From NCBI GenBank assembly GCA_963740315.1, contig CAVUDP010000001.1, forward strand, positions 1,408,001 to 1,472,000: DNA of 64,000 nt. Direction: 5' to 3'. The DNA comes from an uncultured cyanobacterium (GTDB lineage Bacteria > Cyanobacteriota > Cyanobacteriia > Cyanobacteriales > Nostocaceae). Every line of letters starts with the position of its first letter. The first letter of the stretch is position 1. The position numbers and the translations under genes were made by a program. Below the pieces are notes generated by a model that saw nothing but the letters and a program-made list of their open reading frames with translations, was not told the DNA's origin and ran no database searches. This document shows positions 1 through 10,699 of this stretch, piece after piece.

Positions 1-136
1 CCGCTGAATTATCTGTAGATGCATCATCAACAATGATAATTTCATCAAATTTAACGCTTTGATTCACAGCACTGCTAATAGCTTCTGGGAGAAAGTTGGC
101 ATAGTTATAATTATTAATTAAACAAGTTGTTCTCAT
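1..136 (-). CDS. Glycosyltransferase family 2, 5' part (runs off window)
   Basis: Hand translation MRTTCLINNYNYANFLPEAISSAVNQSVKFDEIIIVDDASTDNSA is a GT-A N-terminus (NYN...VDDxSTD). Its ATG overlaps the upstream gene's stop (ATGA). Confidence 0.85.
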   Translation of the reverse strand, partial: MRTTCLINNYNYANFLPEAISSAVNQSVKFDEIIIVDDASTDNSA

Positions 137-2358
137 GACTTATTTTGGTTTTCCTTGAATACAGTTTGTTTGATTGGTGAAAACTCATTTTCATTTGTGG
201 CTGACTCTATAGCTTCTTTGGTGTAATACAAGTAGCTATTTGGTTCGTTTTTCACATCCAAACCATTAACAACTATCCCTAAAACTTTCTGATTTGCCTG
301 AGTTAAATATTCCTTGGCTGCATTTGCACTGTTTAAATCCACAACACCAGGACGAACAACTAGTAAAATACCGTCTGTAAGATTGCTTAATATTGCTGCA
401 TCCGCCGTTCCGACTACCGCTGGAGTATCAAAGATAACGAAATCATATTTTTGAGTAAAATTATTCAGTAATGTTGCCATCCGCTGAGAATCAAGTAAAG
501 CAATGGGATTCGGAGGTACAACGCCAGAAGAAAGCACATCCAAATTAGGCACTACTTCTTGTGTTGCAGCATCAATATTAACTTGGTCAACAATCAAATT
601 ACTTAACCCCACCGCATTGGTGAGTCCCCAAGTATGATGTTGCATGGGATGACGCATATCTGCATCCACAAGTAATACCTTTCTTCCGGTACTCGCCATT
701 GCTACGGCTAAATTTGCTGCAACTTCCGATTTACCTTCTTTGCTAACAGAACTTGTGACCACAATACTTTTTAGCTGAGTATCGGAACATAAAAATTTTA
801 AGTTCGCTTGTAATATTTGATAAGCATTCCCCACGGGAAAGTCAGGAATATCCCTACCAATAATTTGGGGAACAGGTCTATTTACCCCAGCGATGGAAGA
901 ATGATTTTTGCTATGTTTACCTATTGCGGGAATCACTCCGAGTAGGGTGTATTTAAGTACTTCCTTCGCTTCCTTGACTGTTTTAACCGATCGATCTATC
1001 AAGTCTAAACCAAAGGCAGCGATCAGACCTAAAAACACACCCGCAGCAGCACCACCGACAATAAACAGAAGCTTACGTGGTCCTTGGGGTGTATCGGGTG
1101 GTAAAGCTGCGGAAATAACCCGCGCATTGGGAATCTTTTGGTTTTCTGAAACGTTAATTTCCTGGATTTTAGTCAACAGCGTTTCGTAAGTTGATTGCGC
1201 TGCTTTGAGTCTGCGTTCTAGTTCGCGCTGGATTTGTTCTAGTTGTGGTAGGTAGTTAGCTCGTTGTTTATAAACAGAAAATTTGCTCGAAAGCGAAACA
1301 ATTTTTTGTTCTAACCCAACGCGCTCTGCTTCTACACGGGTAATCTCTGCAATCAAATCCTGTCGCAGTTCTCCCAGTTGCAAATTTCCCTGTTTAAATT
1401 CTTCCTGAGTACCCGTGATTTGAGTTGTTCTCTCGTTGAGCAGTCTTCTTAAAGCCGCGACTCTTTCTTCCAAATTAACTACAGTGGGGTGTCCCGGTTG
1501 AAAACGAGTCTTTTCTAGTGCTAACTGGCTTTCTGCTTCCTGTAGCTGAGTAAGCACTTTTTGTACCCCCGGCGTTTGACTCAACTGTGCGGATATAACA
1601 GCTTGTTGCGGTTCTACTTGAGCTTGCGATCGCAAAGTTGCCAAACGTGCGGTTGTATCGGCTAGTTGAGCGATCGCTTGAGATATTTGTGCTTCTAAGT
1701 TGGTAATTGTCTGAACTGCTCCATTAGCTTCTTCTTGCAAAACGATAATTTGATTCTTTTCTTTGAATCGTCGCAGTTGTAATTCTGCTGTTTTCACCGA
1801 TGATTCTGCTTTGGGCAGTTGCTCCATCAAAAATCTGCCTGCGGTTTGTGCTTCTTTCTGGTTCGCTAAAACATTTTGTTCGATATACTTCTCAATCACT
1901 GTATTGACGATTGTGGCTGCTTTTTCCGGATTTGGATCGCTATAGGAAATTAATAAAACATCACTACCTTTAATTCCTTCCACGTGCAATCCACCAGCCA
2001 AAACAGAAATGGGTAAAACACCTTCTTTATCTTTAAGATTTAGGGTGCGAATTGTTTCTTGAAGTACGGGATTTGATGTAACGATGCGTGCTTGAGTATC
2101 TAAAGGATTATTATTCTGAGTTAAAGCTTCCAAACGTCCCAAATCTTCAGAAAATCCGGTTAGAGAAGAAGTGCGATTACTCTTAATCATTACACTTCCC
2201 TCTGCTCTAAAAGTTGGTTTACGCGAAAGTGCATACAATGATGCTCCCGTCACCGTCAGCGTAAAAACCAAGGCTCCAGGAAACCAACGACGTTTTAGAA
2301 CTTGTAAGTATTTCTGAATATCTATTTCTTCAATGTTGCCTATAGTTTCCATTGTCAT
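133..2358 (-). CDS. wzc: Wzc/GumC-type polysaccharide chain-length regulator with BY-kinase domain
   Basis: Two TM segments flank a coiled-coil periplasmic region, followed by Walker A SSVSKEGKS, LLVDADMR and VIFDTP motifs and a Tyr-rich tail (SYLYY). Start placed at ATG 2358 (2352 also possible). Confidence 0.9.
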   Translation of the reverse strand: MTMETIGNIEEIDIQKYLQVLKRRWFPGALVFTLTVTGASLYALSRKPTFRAEGSVMIKSNRTSSLTGFSEDLGRLEALTQNNNPLDTQARIVTSNPVLQETIRTLNLKDKEGVLPISVLAGGLHVEGIKGSDVLLISYSDPNPEKAATIVNTVIEKYIEQNVLANQKEAQTAGRFLMEQLPKAESSVKTAELQLRRFKEKNQIIVLQEEANGAVQTITNLEAQISQAIAQLADTTARLATLRSQAQVEPQQAVISAQLSQTPGVQKVLTQLQEAESQLALEKTRFQPGHPTVVNLEERVAALRRLLNERTTQITGTQEEFKQGNLQLGELRQDLIAEITRVEAERVGLEQKIVSLSSKFSVYKQRANYLPQLEQIQRELERRLKAAQSTYETLLTKIQEINVSENQKIPNARVISAALPPDTPQGPRKLLFIVGGAAAGVFLGLIAAFGLDLIDRSVKTVKEAKEVLKYTLLGVIPAIGKHSKNHSSIAGVNRPVPQIIGRDIPDFPVGNAYQILQANLKFLCSDTQLKSIVVTSSVSKEGKSEVAANLAVAMASTGRKVLLVDADMRHPMQHHTWGLTNAVGLSNLIVDQVNIDAATQEVVPNLDVLSSGVVPPNPIALLDSQRMATLLNNFTQKYDFVIFDTPAVVGTADAAILSNLTDGILLVVRPGVVDLNSANAAKEYLTQANQKVLGIVVNGLDVKNEPNSYLYYTKEAIESATNENEFSPIKQTVFKENQNKS

Positions 2359-2458
2359 AAGTAAAATATATAAAGTTGATAATTCATCCAATCGACAGCA
2401 AAAATCAGCCGTTTTAGATGTCCCATGCAATCAAAGCAGATGCATTTAAATCGGTATT

Positions 2459-2614
2459 TAGAGGATATTTAAAAAGTATCTGTTTGTAACCTTATTACTG
2501 CTTCGATCCCCCCTTCCCCCTTATAAAGGGGGGTTAAAGTCCCCCAATTTAGCGGGGGATTTAGGGGGATCTGAAAGTTTGTGGTTTTCTTTTTGACGCA
2601 TCACTACATCCTCT
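2459..2614. repeat. Cyanobacterial C/G-run palindromic repeat element (CCCCC..AAGGGGG family), MITE-like
   Basis: TAGAGGAT...ATCCTCTA ends with an internal gatccccc...gggggatc hairpin. The same core occurs at ~11330-11450, ~15720-15845 and ~58445-58530. Confidence 0.65.
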
Positions 2615-3214
2615 AAGATTATTGATTAACAACTACTTAAAAGTACAAACCCCGATCCGATCGCATGAAAATGTAGATGTCGTTGTCAATTATTCTTTAA
2701 TGCTTTTGATGCTAACAGATTCCCTGGTTACTTGGCTCTACAGAAAACAGCAATAAAAAAGTTCCCAAACTGGAGGTAGATGATATATCAAAAATCAAAA
2801 TAAATGAGTAGCTATTAAATATCACTTACTCATTAATTGACTCAAACCTAAAAACAAATAAGTACTATTTTTTTTTGTTTACGAATAAAAAAGTTATAAG
2901 TATATTAGCCGATCGCTTGAAGGTTTGAGAGCTATTTTTTTTCCTATTTATTTACAATTGTATTTTGTTTTACCTTTGAAAAAAGATAAATTATAGAGAG
3001 ATTGTAGCGTTATTTTCCATTTTGTATAGTCTTTGTTAGATATCCCTCTACATAACAAGATATTAGAAAGTATTTAGGAGCCTATCTAAAATTACCGCTA
3101 TTTTAGATTTTGCGTAAGTTATAAGAATGTTATTAACAGCATATTAGATACTTGTTTTACACACTTAACTTAATTGAGAAACATTTATAAATTGACTATT
3201 TAATAAAATCAGTT

Positions 3215-3255
3215 TTTAAACAAACCTTAATCTAAAAAGATTTATTTCTTAATCA
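3215..3255 (+). promoter_or_regulatory. Pho-box (SphR)-like repeats
   Basis: TTTAAACA (3215), CTTAATCT (3226) and CTTAATCA (3248) sit on an 11-bp register matching PyTTAAPyPy(T/A). Confidence 0.5.
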
Positions 3256-3385
3256 AATTTTTTAGCATTTTAAGGTAAAGTATCGGTATTTACACGTATT
3301 TGTTCTTAATTCAGGAAAAACTCTTGCAGTTTGATTTTGAATTAAAAATAAATAGTTTAAATTAGTTAACTAACAAACAAATCCT

Positions 3386-3590
3386 ATGGCTCAGACAATT
3401 GGAATCGTGCGCGGCGGACTTGTTATAAACAAGATTTTTATTAACTCTAATCGATCGGCGATCGATGTAGAAGTAGATACAAAATATACTGCTTTAGTTA
3501 AAGATAAACACGTAAAGTAACTGTATTTTTAACCGACAGATAGATACTAGCTTTGATTAATTCTGAGATGCTGGTAGCGAGAATTGAGCG
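3386..3590 (+). pseudogene. Decayed lamin-tail-domain-like gene start
   Basis: A 44-aa ORF (3386-3520, MAQTIGIVRGGLVINKIFINSN...DKHVK*) resembles the LVINE..DPN...DEFVELYN pattern. Downstream TGA-GAT-GCT-GGT-AGC-GAG-AAT-TGA looks like WDAGxxNW with two TGG>TGA changes. Similarity recalled from memory, not searched. Confidence 0.35.
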
Positions 3591-3765
3591 TAGTTGAGTA
3601 ATTTTTGAAAGCGAGATTTTTTTAACGTTGGGGAAAATATTTGTGAGATAGTTTGATTTCTATCTAATAATTGAGTCAGCTTAGTTGGGTAATTCGGAAA
3701 ATTTGGTTAGTAGAAAAATCATACTAACTTGAAAACCTACATATTTGATTAATAGGAGTATTTGA

Positions 3766-6700
3766 GTGGCTGACATACTTATTTCTGAGTACGTTGAAGG
3801 TAGTAGTAATAACAAAGCAATAGAATTATATAATCCTACAGATTCAGTAATTGACCTCACTGCTGGCAATTACACCATTGAACTTTATTCCAACGGTGCT
3901 TCATCTCCGAGCCAAACTTTAAATTTAACAGGTACCATTGCCAGTAAAGATGTTTTTGTAATTACTCGTTCTAATGCTGATGCAGCTATTCAAGCAGTTG
4001 CTGATATAAGTAATGCTGATTCAGTCATTAACTTTAACGGTGATGATGCAGTTGTAATTAGGAAAAACGGTACAGTTGTTGATGTAATTGGACAAATTGG
4101 TTTCGATCCTGGTAGTGAGTGGGGTAGTGGTGATGCTTCTACCCAAAATAATACTATTCGTCGTAAAGCAAATATTACTGCTGGTGATACCGATCCTAAT
4201 GATGCTTTCGATCCTTCAATAGAATGGGATGGTTTTCCTCAAGACACATTTGATGGATTGGGTTCCTATGATTCTGACGATAATGATAATAATGACAACA
4301 ATGGTGGCTCCACTGTCAAAATTTACGAAATCCAAGGTGCCGCTCACACTTCACCGCTTGTAGGACAATCTGTAACTACAACAGGTATCGTTACCGCAGT
4401 CGATAGCAACGGTTTTTATATCCAAGACGCTACAGGAGATAATAACAGCGCAACTTCCGACGCGATTTTTGTTTTTACTAGTACTAGTACCTCAGTTCAA
4501 GTTGGTGATGAAGTAGAAGTCACTGGTACGGTAAGCGAATTCTTTCCTGGTGGTGCGGATACAGGTAATCTTTCCACAACTCAAATTAGTAGCCCTAGCA
4601 CATCTGTAATATCTAGCGGTAATACTCTTCCCACAGCAACAATTATTGGTACGGGTGGTAGAATTCCTCCTACCGAAAATATTGATGATGATGCTTTTGG
4701 TAGTTTTGAACCAGATAGCGATGGAATTGATTTCTTTGAATCGTTAGAAGGAATGCTGGTAACTGCGGAAGATGCAGTAGCTGTTTCACCTACCAATCGT
4801 TTTGGGGAAATTTTTACTGTTGTAGATAACGGTGAAAACGCTACAGGTTTAAGCGATCGCGGTACTTTGAATATCAGCCCCGATGATTTCAACCCCGAAA
4901 GAGTTCAAATTGATGAAAATTCGGATATTTTACCAGGGTTTGATTTCCCTGAAGTTAACGTCGGTGCAAAATTAGGAGATGTAACGGGTGTTGTCGGTTA
5001 CGGTTTCGGAAACTTTGAGATTTACCCAACTCAAGCTTTTACCGTCACTGATTCAACTATTGAAGCAGAAACCACAACTTTAGAAGGTGGTGCAGATAAG
5101 CTGACAGTTGCTAGCTACAACGTTCTCAATCTCGATCCTAACGATGCTGATGGGGATACAGATGTAGCAGATGGAAGATTTAGCGCGATCGCAAATCAAA
5201 TCGTCAGCAACTTAAAAGCTCCCGACATCATCGGTTTGCAGGAAATTCAAGATAATACTGGTTCCGATAATGATGGTATAACAGCAGCAGATCAAACTTT
5301 GCAACAGTTGGTAACTGCGATCGCAACTGCTGGAGGTCCCACATACAGTTTTATCGACAACACCTTTATAGGTAATAATACTAGTGGCGGTCAACCTGGT
5401 GGTAATATTCGCACTGCTTTTCTTTATAATGGCGATCGCGTTGATTTTGTAGATGGTTCTTTGAGTGCAGTTACCGACGCAGAAGCTCAACAAACTGATT
5501 CGAGCAATCCTTTTTTTGATAGCCGTTTACCATTAGCTGCAAAATTTACTTTCAATGGTGAAGAAGTTACGGTTGTTAATAATCATTTTTCTTCCAAAGG
5601 TGGTAGCGCTCCGATTTTAGGTGTAGAGCAACCTTTTGAAGCGCGACAAGAAGATGTCAACGTTAATGGCAGCCTTGATGAGCGTCAAGCACAAGCGCAA
5701 GCTATCAAAGGTTACGTTGATGGAATTTTAGCTGAAGATGCAAAAGCTAATGTTGTTGTACTGGGAGATTTGAACGAATTTGAATTTGTCTCTCCCGTCG
5801 AAACTTTAGCGGAAAGCTTGACAAATTTGACAGAAACTGTTTCAGAAAATGAACGTTACAGTTTTAACTTTCAAGGTAATTCCCAATCCTTGGATCATAT
5901 TTTGGTTAGCGATAATTTGGAAGATAATGCTGAGTTTGATATCGTACACGTCAATTCAGAGTTTGCCGATACTTCCGCCAAAGCAAGCGACCACGATCCG
6001 TTAGTAGCAAGTTTGTCAATAAGTAATCAAAACGTACAGAATAACTACCAAAATATGCTGAATTTTGCTGGAACTATTAAATTAGAAGGTGCAGAAATTT
6101 CTGCTTACGATTCTGGAACTCAGCGCATCTTTGTAACTGGAGAAGCAGGGGAAGATAATGCATTTAACATTGCTGAAGATTCTCCGATTCTGCAAGCTGT
6201 AGATGTTTCCGATCCCAGCAACCCCACGGTAATTAGACAAATTGACCTTTCTAGCTACGGTGCGGGAGTTCAAAGCGTTGCAGTTAAGAATGGTGTTGTT
6301 GCTGTAGCTGTTTCTGCCCAAACTTCAACCGATCCAGGTAAAGTTGTTTTCTTCAACGCTTCTGACTATTCTGAATTATCTCAGGTAGCTGTAGGTGCTT
6401 TACCTGATATGCTCACCTTCACCCCCGACGGTAGCAAGGTATTAGTTGCTAACGAAGGCGAACCTAACGACAGATTTACCGTCGATCCAGAAGGTTCGGT
6501 TAGCATTATTGATGTTTCTGATGGTTTTGCTAATTTAACTGATGAAAATGTAACTACTGCCGATTTCACAGCATTTAACGGTCAGGAAGCTACTTTGAGA
6601 AGTCAAGGAGTAAGAATTTTTGGCGAGAAAACCAATCCTGATGGAACAAAAACCCCATCCACAGCAGCCGAAGATTTTGAACCAGAATACATCGCTGTAT

Positions 6701-8190
6701 CTCCCGATGGAACAGCTGCTTTTGTCGCTTTGCAAGAAAACAATGCTTTTGCTGTTCTTGATATCGAGCAAGGTACGGTAACAAGTATTTTACCTTTAGG
6801 ATACAAAGACTGGAGCGGTGCTAATCCGACATTAAAACCATTCAAAGCAACATTTGATGGTTCTCAAGAAGTTACACCTAATGCTTCTACAGCTACAGGA
6901 AACGCTTTATTGCAACTCAATCAAGCGGGAAATGCCCTAAACTATACCATGACCGTTTCCGGTTTGGATTTTGGGACATTAGCAGGTGGAGCAGCTCAAA
7001 CAGAAGATGCAGGTGATGATGTAACCGGAATCCACTTCCACAACGCCGCACGGGGAGCAGGTGGTCCGGTTGTGTTTGGTATTTTTGGACCTGCACAAGA
7101 TACCGACGATCGCACTATTACTATCAACGCTGACGGTTCTACTACAATTTCTGGGGTTTGGGAAACTACAGATACCGCAGCCAGTACAAGCTTAACTAAT
7201 TTCGTCGCTGACTTACAAGCTGCAAATCCAGACGCAGACACGAATCTTTACTTCAACATCCACACCGAAGAATTTCCAATGGGTGAAATTCGCGGTCAAA
7301 TTATGGGTAGTACCGTACAGCTTGATGCTAGTAACAGAGATGGCGGCATAAACTTCGCTAACTACCCCAATTTATTCGGGATGTATCAACCGGATGCGAT
7401 CGCCAGCTATGAAGCTAACGGCGAAACCTACTACATCACCGCCAACGAAGGGGATGCACGCATTCGTCCCGATGGCGATATTGAAGATGATACTGGTGAG
7501 GTATTAGTTGAAGAAGGGACTGATTTCAACGAAGAAGCACGGGTAAAAGATGTCACCCTCGATCCGACTGCTTTCCCCAACGCTGCTACCTTACAAGAAG
7601 ACGAAAATCTCGGTCGCTTAAATATCACCACCACCCTTGGCGATACTGACGGAGACGATGATTTTGACCAACTCTACGCTTACGGCGCTCGTTCGTTCTC
7701 CATCTTTAACAGCAGTGGTGAATTAGTTTACGATAGCGGCGATTTAATTGGTAAACTGACATCTGAACTAGTTCCCGAAAAATTCAACTCCCAAGGTGAT
7801 GCGGACAGTTTCGACAGCCGCAGCGATGACAAAGGAGCCGAACCCGAAGGTGTAACCATTGGTCAAGTTGGCAACAAAACCTATGCTTACGTTGGTTTGG
7901 AAAGAACTGGCGGCGTAATGGTATTTGATGTTAGCAACCCTACCGCAGCTAGCTTCGTGCAATACATCAACAACGAAGGTGATTTAAGCCCAGAAGGTTT
8001 GACTTTCATCGATGCACAAGATAGCGCAAATGGCAACTCTTTATTAGCAGTTACCAACGAAGAAAGCGAAACATTAAGTATCTATAACGCTAACATTCCC
8101 GATACTAATAATTCAGCTAATTACACCTTACAAATTCTTCACGCTTCCGACTTAGAAGGTGGAGTAGATGCGATCGATCAGAGCTGCTAA
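3766..8190 (+). CDS. 5' part of frameshifted giant exoenzyme: lamin-tail domain + OB-fold + ExeM/NucH-type EEP nuclease + choice-of-anchor-I propeller with CHRD insert
   Basis: ISEYVEGSSNNKAIELYNP (LTD); IYEIQGAAHTSP (OB); SYNVLN, LQEIQD, LGDLN, LDHILV, SDHDP (EEP); ANEGEP, EPEYI, DDKGAEPEG (anchor-I); IHFH..G.GGPVVF and YFNIHT..FP.GEIRGQI (CHRD). Ends ILHASDLEGG, the start of a 5'-nucleotidase. Confidence 0.85.
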   Translation: MADILISEYVEGSSNNKAIELYNPTDSVIDLTAGNYTIELYSNGASSPSQTLNLTGTIASKDVFVITRSNADAAIQAVADISNADSVINFNGDDAVVIRKNGTVVDVIGQIGFDPGSEWGSGDASTQNNTIRRKANITAGDTDPNDAFDPSIEWDGFPQDTFDGLGSYDSDDNDNNDNNGGSTVKIYEIQGAAHTSPLVGQSVTTTGIVTAVDSNGFYIQDATGDNNSATSDAIFVFTSTSTSVQVGDEVEVTGTVSEFFPGGADTGNLSTTQISSPSTSVISSGNTLPTATIIGTGGRIPPTENIDDDAFGSFEPDSDGIDFFESLEGMLVTAEDAVAVSPTNRFGEIFTVVDNGENATGLSDRGTLNISPDDFNPERVQIDENSDILPGFDFPEVNVGAKLGDVTGVVGYGFGNFEIYPTQAFTVTDSTIEAETTTLEGGADKLTVASYNVLNLDPNDADGDTDVADGRFSAIANQIVSNLKAPDIIGLQEIQDNTGSDNDGITAADQTLQQLVTAIATAGGPTYSFIDNTFIGNNTSGGQPGGNIRTAFLYNGDRVDFVDGSLSAVTDAEAQQTDSSNPFFDSRLPLAAKFTFNGEEVTVVNNHFSSKGGSAPILGVEQPFEARQEDVNVNGSLDERQAQAQAIKGYVDGILAEDAKANVVVLGDLNEFEFVSPVETLAESLTNLTETVSENERYSFNFQGNSQSLDHILVSDNLEDNAEFDIVHVNSEFADTSAKASDHDPLVASLSISNQNVQNNYQNMLNFAGTIKLEGAEISAYDSGTQRIFVTGEAGEDNAFNIAEDSPILQAVDVSDPSNPTVIRQIDLSSYGAGVQSVAVKNGVVAVAVSAQTSTDPGKVVFFNASDYSELSQVAVGALPDMLTFTPDGSKVLVANEGEPNDRFTVDPEGSVSIIDVSDGFANLTDENVTTADFTAFNGQEATLRSQGVRIFGEKTNPDGTKTPSTAAEDFEPEYIAVSPDGTAAFVALQENNAFAVLDIEQGTVTSILPLGYKDWSGANPTLKPFKATFDGSQEVTPNASTATGNALLQLNQAGNALNYTMTVSGLDFGTLAGGAAQTEDAGDDVTGIHFHNAARGAGGPVVFGIFGPAQDTDDRTITINADGSTTISGVWETTDTAASTSLTNFVADLQAANPDADTNLYFNIHTEEFPMGEIRGQIMGSTVQLDASNRDGGINFANYPNLFGMYQPDAIASYEANGETYYITANEGDARIRPDGDIEDDTGEVLVEEGTDFNEEARVKDVTLDPTAFPNAATLQEDENLGRLNITTTLGDTDGDDDFDQLYAYGARSFSIFNSSGELVYDSGDLIGKLTSELVPEKFNSQGDADSFDSRSDDKGAEPEGVTIGQVGNKTYAYVGLERTGGVMVFDVSNPTAASFVQYINNEGDLSPEGLTFIDAQDSANGNSLLAVTNEESETLSIYNANIPDTNNSANYTLQILHASDLEGGVDAIDQSC

Positions 8191-10699
8191 TTTTGCGGCG
8201 ATCGTTGATTATTTAGAAGACGAAGTTGAAAATTCCATCACTTTATCGGCGGGAGATAACTACTTATCGGGACCTTTCTTCTCAGCCGCAGGGGATAGAA
8301 CTTTCCGCGATGATAAAGTATTTAACGATGTTTACAACGACTTATACAACCTACCCCAAGATGTAGATAGCGACGGAGACGCTGATTCTTATGGTAGTTT
8401 GCGCGAAGGTGGTGGTCGTGTAGATATTTCGATTATGAATGCGATCGCATTCGATGCTTCGGCATTCGGGAACCACGAATTCGACCTGGGAACCGACACC
8501 ATCGAAGATATTATTGCTCCCGATTACCGTGGTGCAGAACTAAGCGACGATCGCTGGGTGGGTTCTCAGTTCCCATATTTAAGCGCTAACTTAGATTTTT
8601 CTAATAGCAATCTCGCCGGACTATATACCAGCGACATTCTCCCCAGCACGGCTTTTGAAAGCGGTCCCGAAGAATCTTTAGCCAGCACAAACGTACCTAA
8701 AATTGCACCCGCAACCGTAATTGAAGAAGGTGGCGAGAAAATTGGTGTAGTTGGTGCGACAACTCCTTTACTAAGAAGCATTTCTTCCCCCGGTGATGTC
8801 CAGGTGCTGGGTTCTGGCAATGACATGGATGCTTTAGCTGCGGTACTGCAACCTTATATTGACCAACTTATTAACGACGGCGTTAATAAAGTTGTTTTAG
8901 TCAGTCACTTGCAGCAAATCGCTTTAGAGAAAGAATTAATCGGAAAACTCAGCGGCGTTGATGTTGTAATTGCTGGTGGTTCCGATACTTTACAAGCCGA
9001 CAGCGAAGACGTTGCACGCGGTTTGAATGTTGGCGATACACCTGCCGAAGATTATCCCTTCGTTACCACTAATAAAGATGGTGATACTGCGGTAATTGTC
9101 AGCACCGATGGTGAGTATTCTTACGTCGGTCGCTTGGTAGTTGATTTTGACGCTGAAGGTAAAGTTATTGCCGATAGCATAGACGAAAACGTCAGCGGTG
9201 CTTTTGCCACCACCGAAGCACAAGTCCAAGCTTTGTGGGGAGAGGAAGATGCATTCGGCGATGAAACCAAAGGCGAATTAGTTAAACAGCTTACCGATGC
9301 CGTAGATGGTATCGTGACTGCAAAAGACGGTAACGTATTTGGTGAAACTGACGTATTCTTAGAAGGTCGTCGCGGTGAAGTTCGTACCGAAGAAACCAAT
9401 TTAGGTAACTTAACTGCTGATGCTAACTTAGCTTACGCCAAAGAACTTGACCCATCAGTTACCGTTTCCATCAAAAACGGTGGTGGTATTCGTGCCCCCA
9501 TCGGCTTTATCAGTAACGAAGGTGACGAATTACCTACCCAGGAAAATGGGGATATCAAAGAAGAAGGAGAAATTTCTCAGTTAGATATTGAGAATAGTCT
9601 CCGCTTTAATAACGAATTAAGCTTATTAACCGTTACAGCAGCAGAATTAAAGCAGATTCTCGAACACGCTGTAGCAGCTAGCGGTGGAGATGCTACACCC
9701 GGTCAATTTCCGCAGGTTGGTGGTATTAAATTTAGCTTTGACACCGATAACCAGGCAATTGAATTTACCAGAAATGCTGATGGTGACGTTACCGGAGTTG
9801 CAACGAATGGCGATCGCGTTCGCAGTTTAGCGATTACAGACGAAGATGGTAACATTCAAGATGTAGTTGTCGAAGAAGGGGAAGTAGTTGGCGACGCTAG
9901 CCGTGAAATTCGCTTAGTAACTCTCAACTTCTTAGCTGGAGGTGGCGATAGTTATCCCTTCCCATTCTTTGGTGAAAACCGCGTCGATCTCACAGAGCAA
10001 GATATTGCCGCAGGTGAAGCTACTTTTGCAGAAACGGGAACCGAGCAAGATGCTTTAGCCGAGTACTTGGTTGATAACTTCTCAACCGAAGCCTTTGATA
10101 TGGCTGATGTTGCACCCGCACAAGATATGCGGATTCAAAACCTTGGTTTGCGCTCAGATACTGTATTAGAGGGTTTCGTAGAACAACCACCTGTAGGAGA
10201 TGCGATCGCAACTACCACTTTGGCTGATGGAACTATAGTTGAATCTATCGATCTAACTGGTTTCAGCGGACAAGCAACAGTAAATTACACTATCAGTAGA
10301 GAAGCTGATTTCGACAACGAAGTTTACTTCTACAAAGTTGATGATATCAACGGTAGTGTTAATGGTGTAGCAGTAGGTGAAAACGGTTACTTACAAGCCG
10401 CTTTATCAAGACTTGCTTCTCCCGAATTTTCCACCAGCGACGATAATACAGAAACCGGAAGCGTTCAATTTGAAGCAGGTTCGATTGTCGTTCCCGTAAT
10501 CATCGCTGACGGTAATTTATCTGAAGCGTTAAGTGGTGCAGCAGAAGTTTACTTCCCATACTTGGGCGCTAACACCGATAACGGTACATTCGACCACATT
10601 AAGTTCTTGGATGATAGCACCTTCGGTTTTGAAGACTTACCCAACGGTGGTGACGCAGACTTCAACGACATCATTATCAAAATCGAAAGCATTGCTTAA
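8168..10699 (+). CDS. 3' part of frameshifted giant exoenzyme: UshA-type 5'-nucleotidase/metallophosphatase + DUF4114-like tail
   Basis: SAGDNY, GNHEFD, YLSAN, LVSHL, IAGGS, ETNLGNLTADA, KNGGGIRA and FLAGGGDSY motifs; tail FEDLPNGGDADFND. Continues the upstream ORF across a +1 shift near 8176-8181. Confidence 0.88.
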   Translation: MRSIRAANFAAIVDYLEDEVENSITLSAGDNYLSGPFFSAAGDRTFRDDKVFNDVYNDLYNLPQDVDSDGDADSYGSLREGGGRVDISIMNAIAFDASAFGNHEFDLGTDTIEDIIAPDYRGAELSDDRWVGSQFPYLSANLDFSNSNLAGLYTSDILPSTAFESGPEESLASTNVPKIAPATVIEEGGEKIGVVGATTPLLRSISSPGDVQVLGSGNDMDALAAVLQPYIDQLINDGVNKVVLVSHLQQIALEKELIGKLSGVDVVIAGGSDTLQADSEDVARGLNVGDTPAEDYPFVTTNKDGDTAVIVSTDGEYSYVGRLVVDFDAEGKVIADSIDENVSGAFATTEAQVQALWGEEDAFGDETKGELVKQLTDAVDGIVTAKDGNVFGETDVFLEGRRGEVRTEETNLGNLTADANLAYAKELDPSVTVSIKNGGGIRAPIGFISNEGDELPTQENGDIKEEGEISQLDIENSLRFNNELSLLTVTAAELKQILEHAVAASGGDATPGQFPQVGGIKFSFDTDNQAIEFTRNADGDVTGVATNGDRVRSLAITDEDGNIQDVVVEEGEVVGDASREIRLVTLNFLAGGGDSYPFPFFGENRVDLTEQDIAAGEATFAETGTEQDALAEYLVDNFSTEAFDMADVAPAQDMRIQNLGLRSDTVLEGFVEQPPVGDAIATTTLADGTIVESIDLTGFSGQATVNYTISREADFDNEVYFYKVDDINGSVNGVAVGENGYLQAALSRLASPEFSTSDDNTETGSVQFEAGSIVVPVIIADGNLSEALSGAAEVYFPYLGANTDNGTFDHIKFLDDSTFGFEDLPNGGDADFNDIIIKIESIA

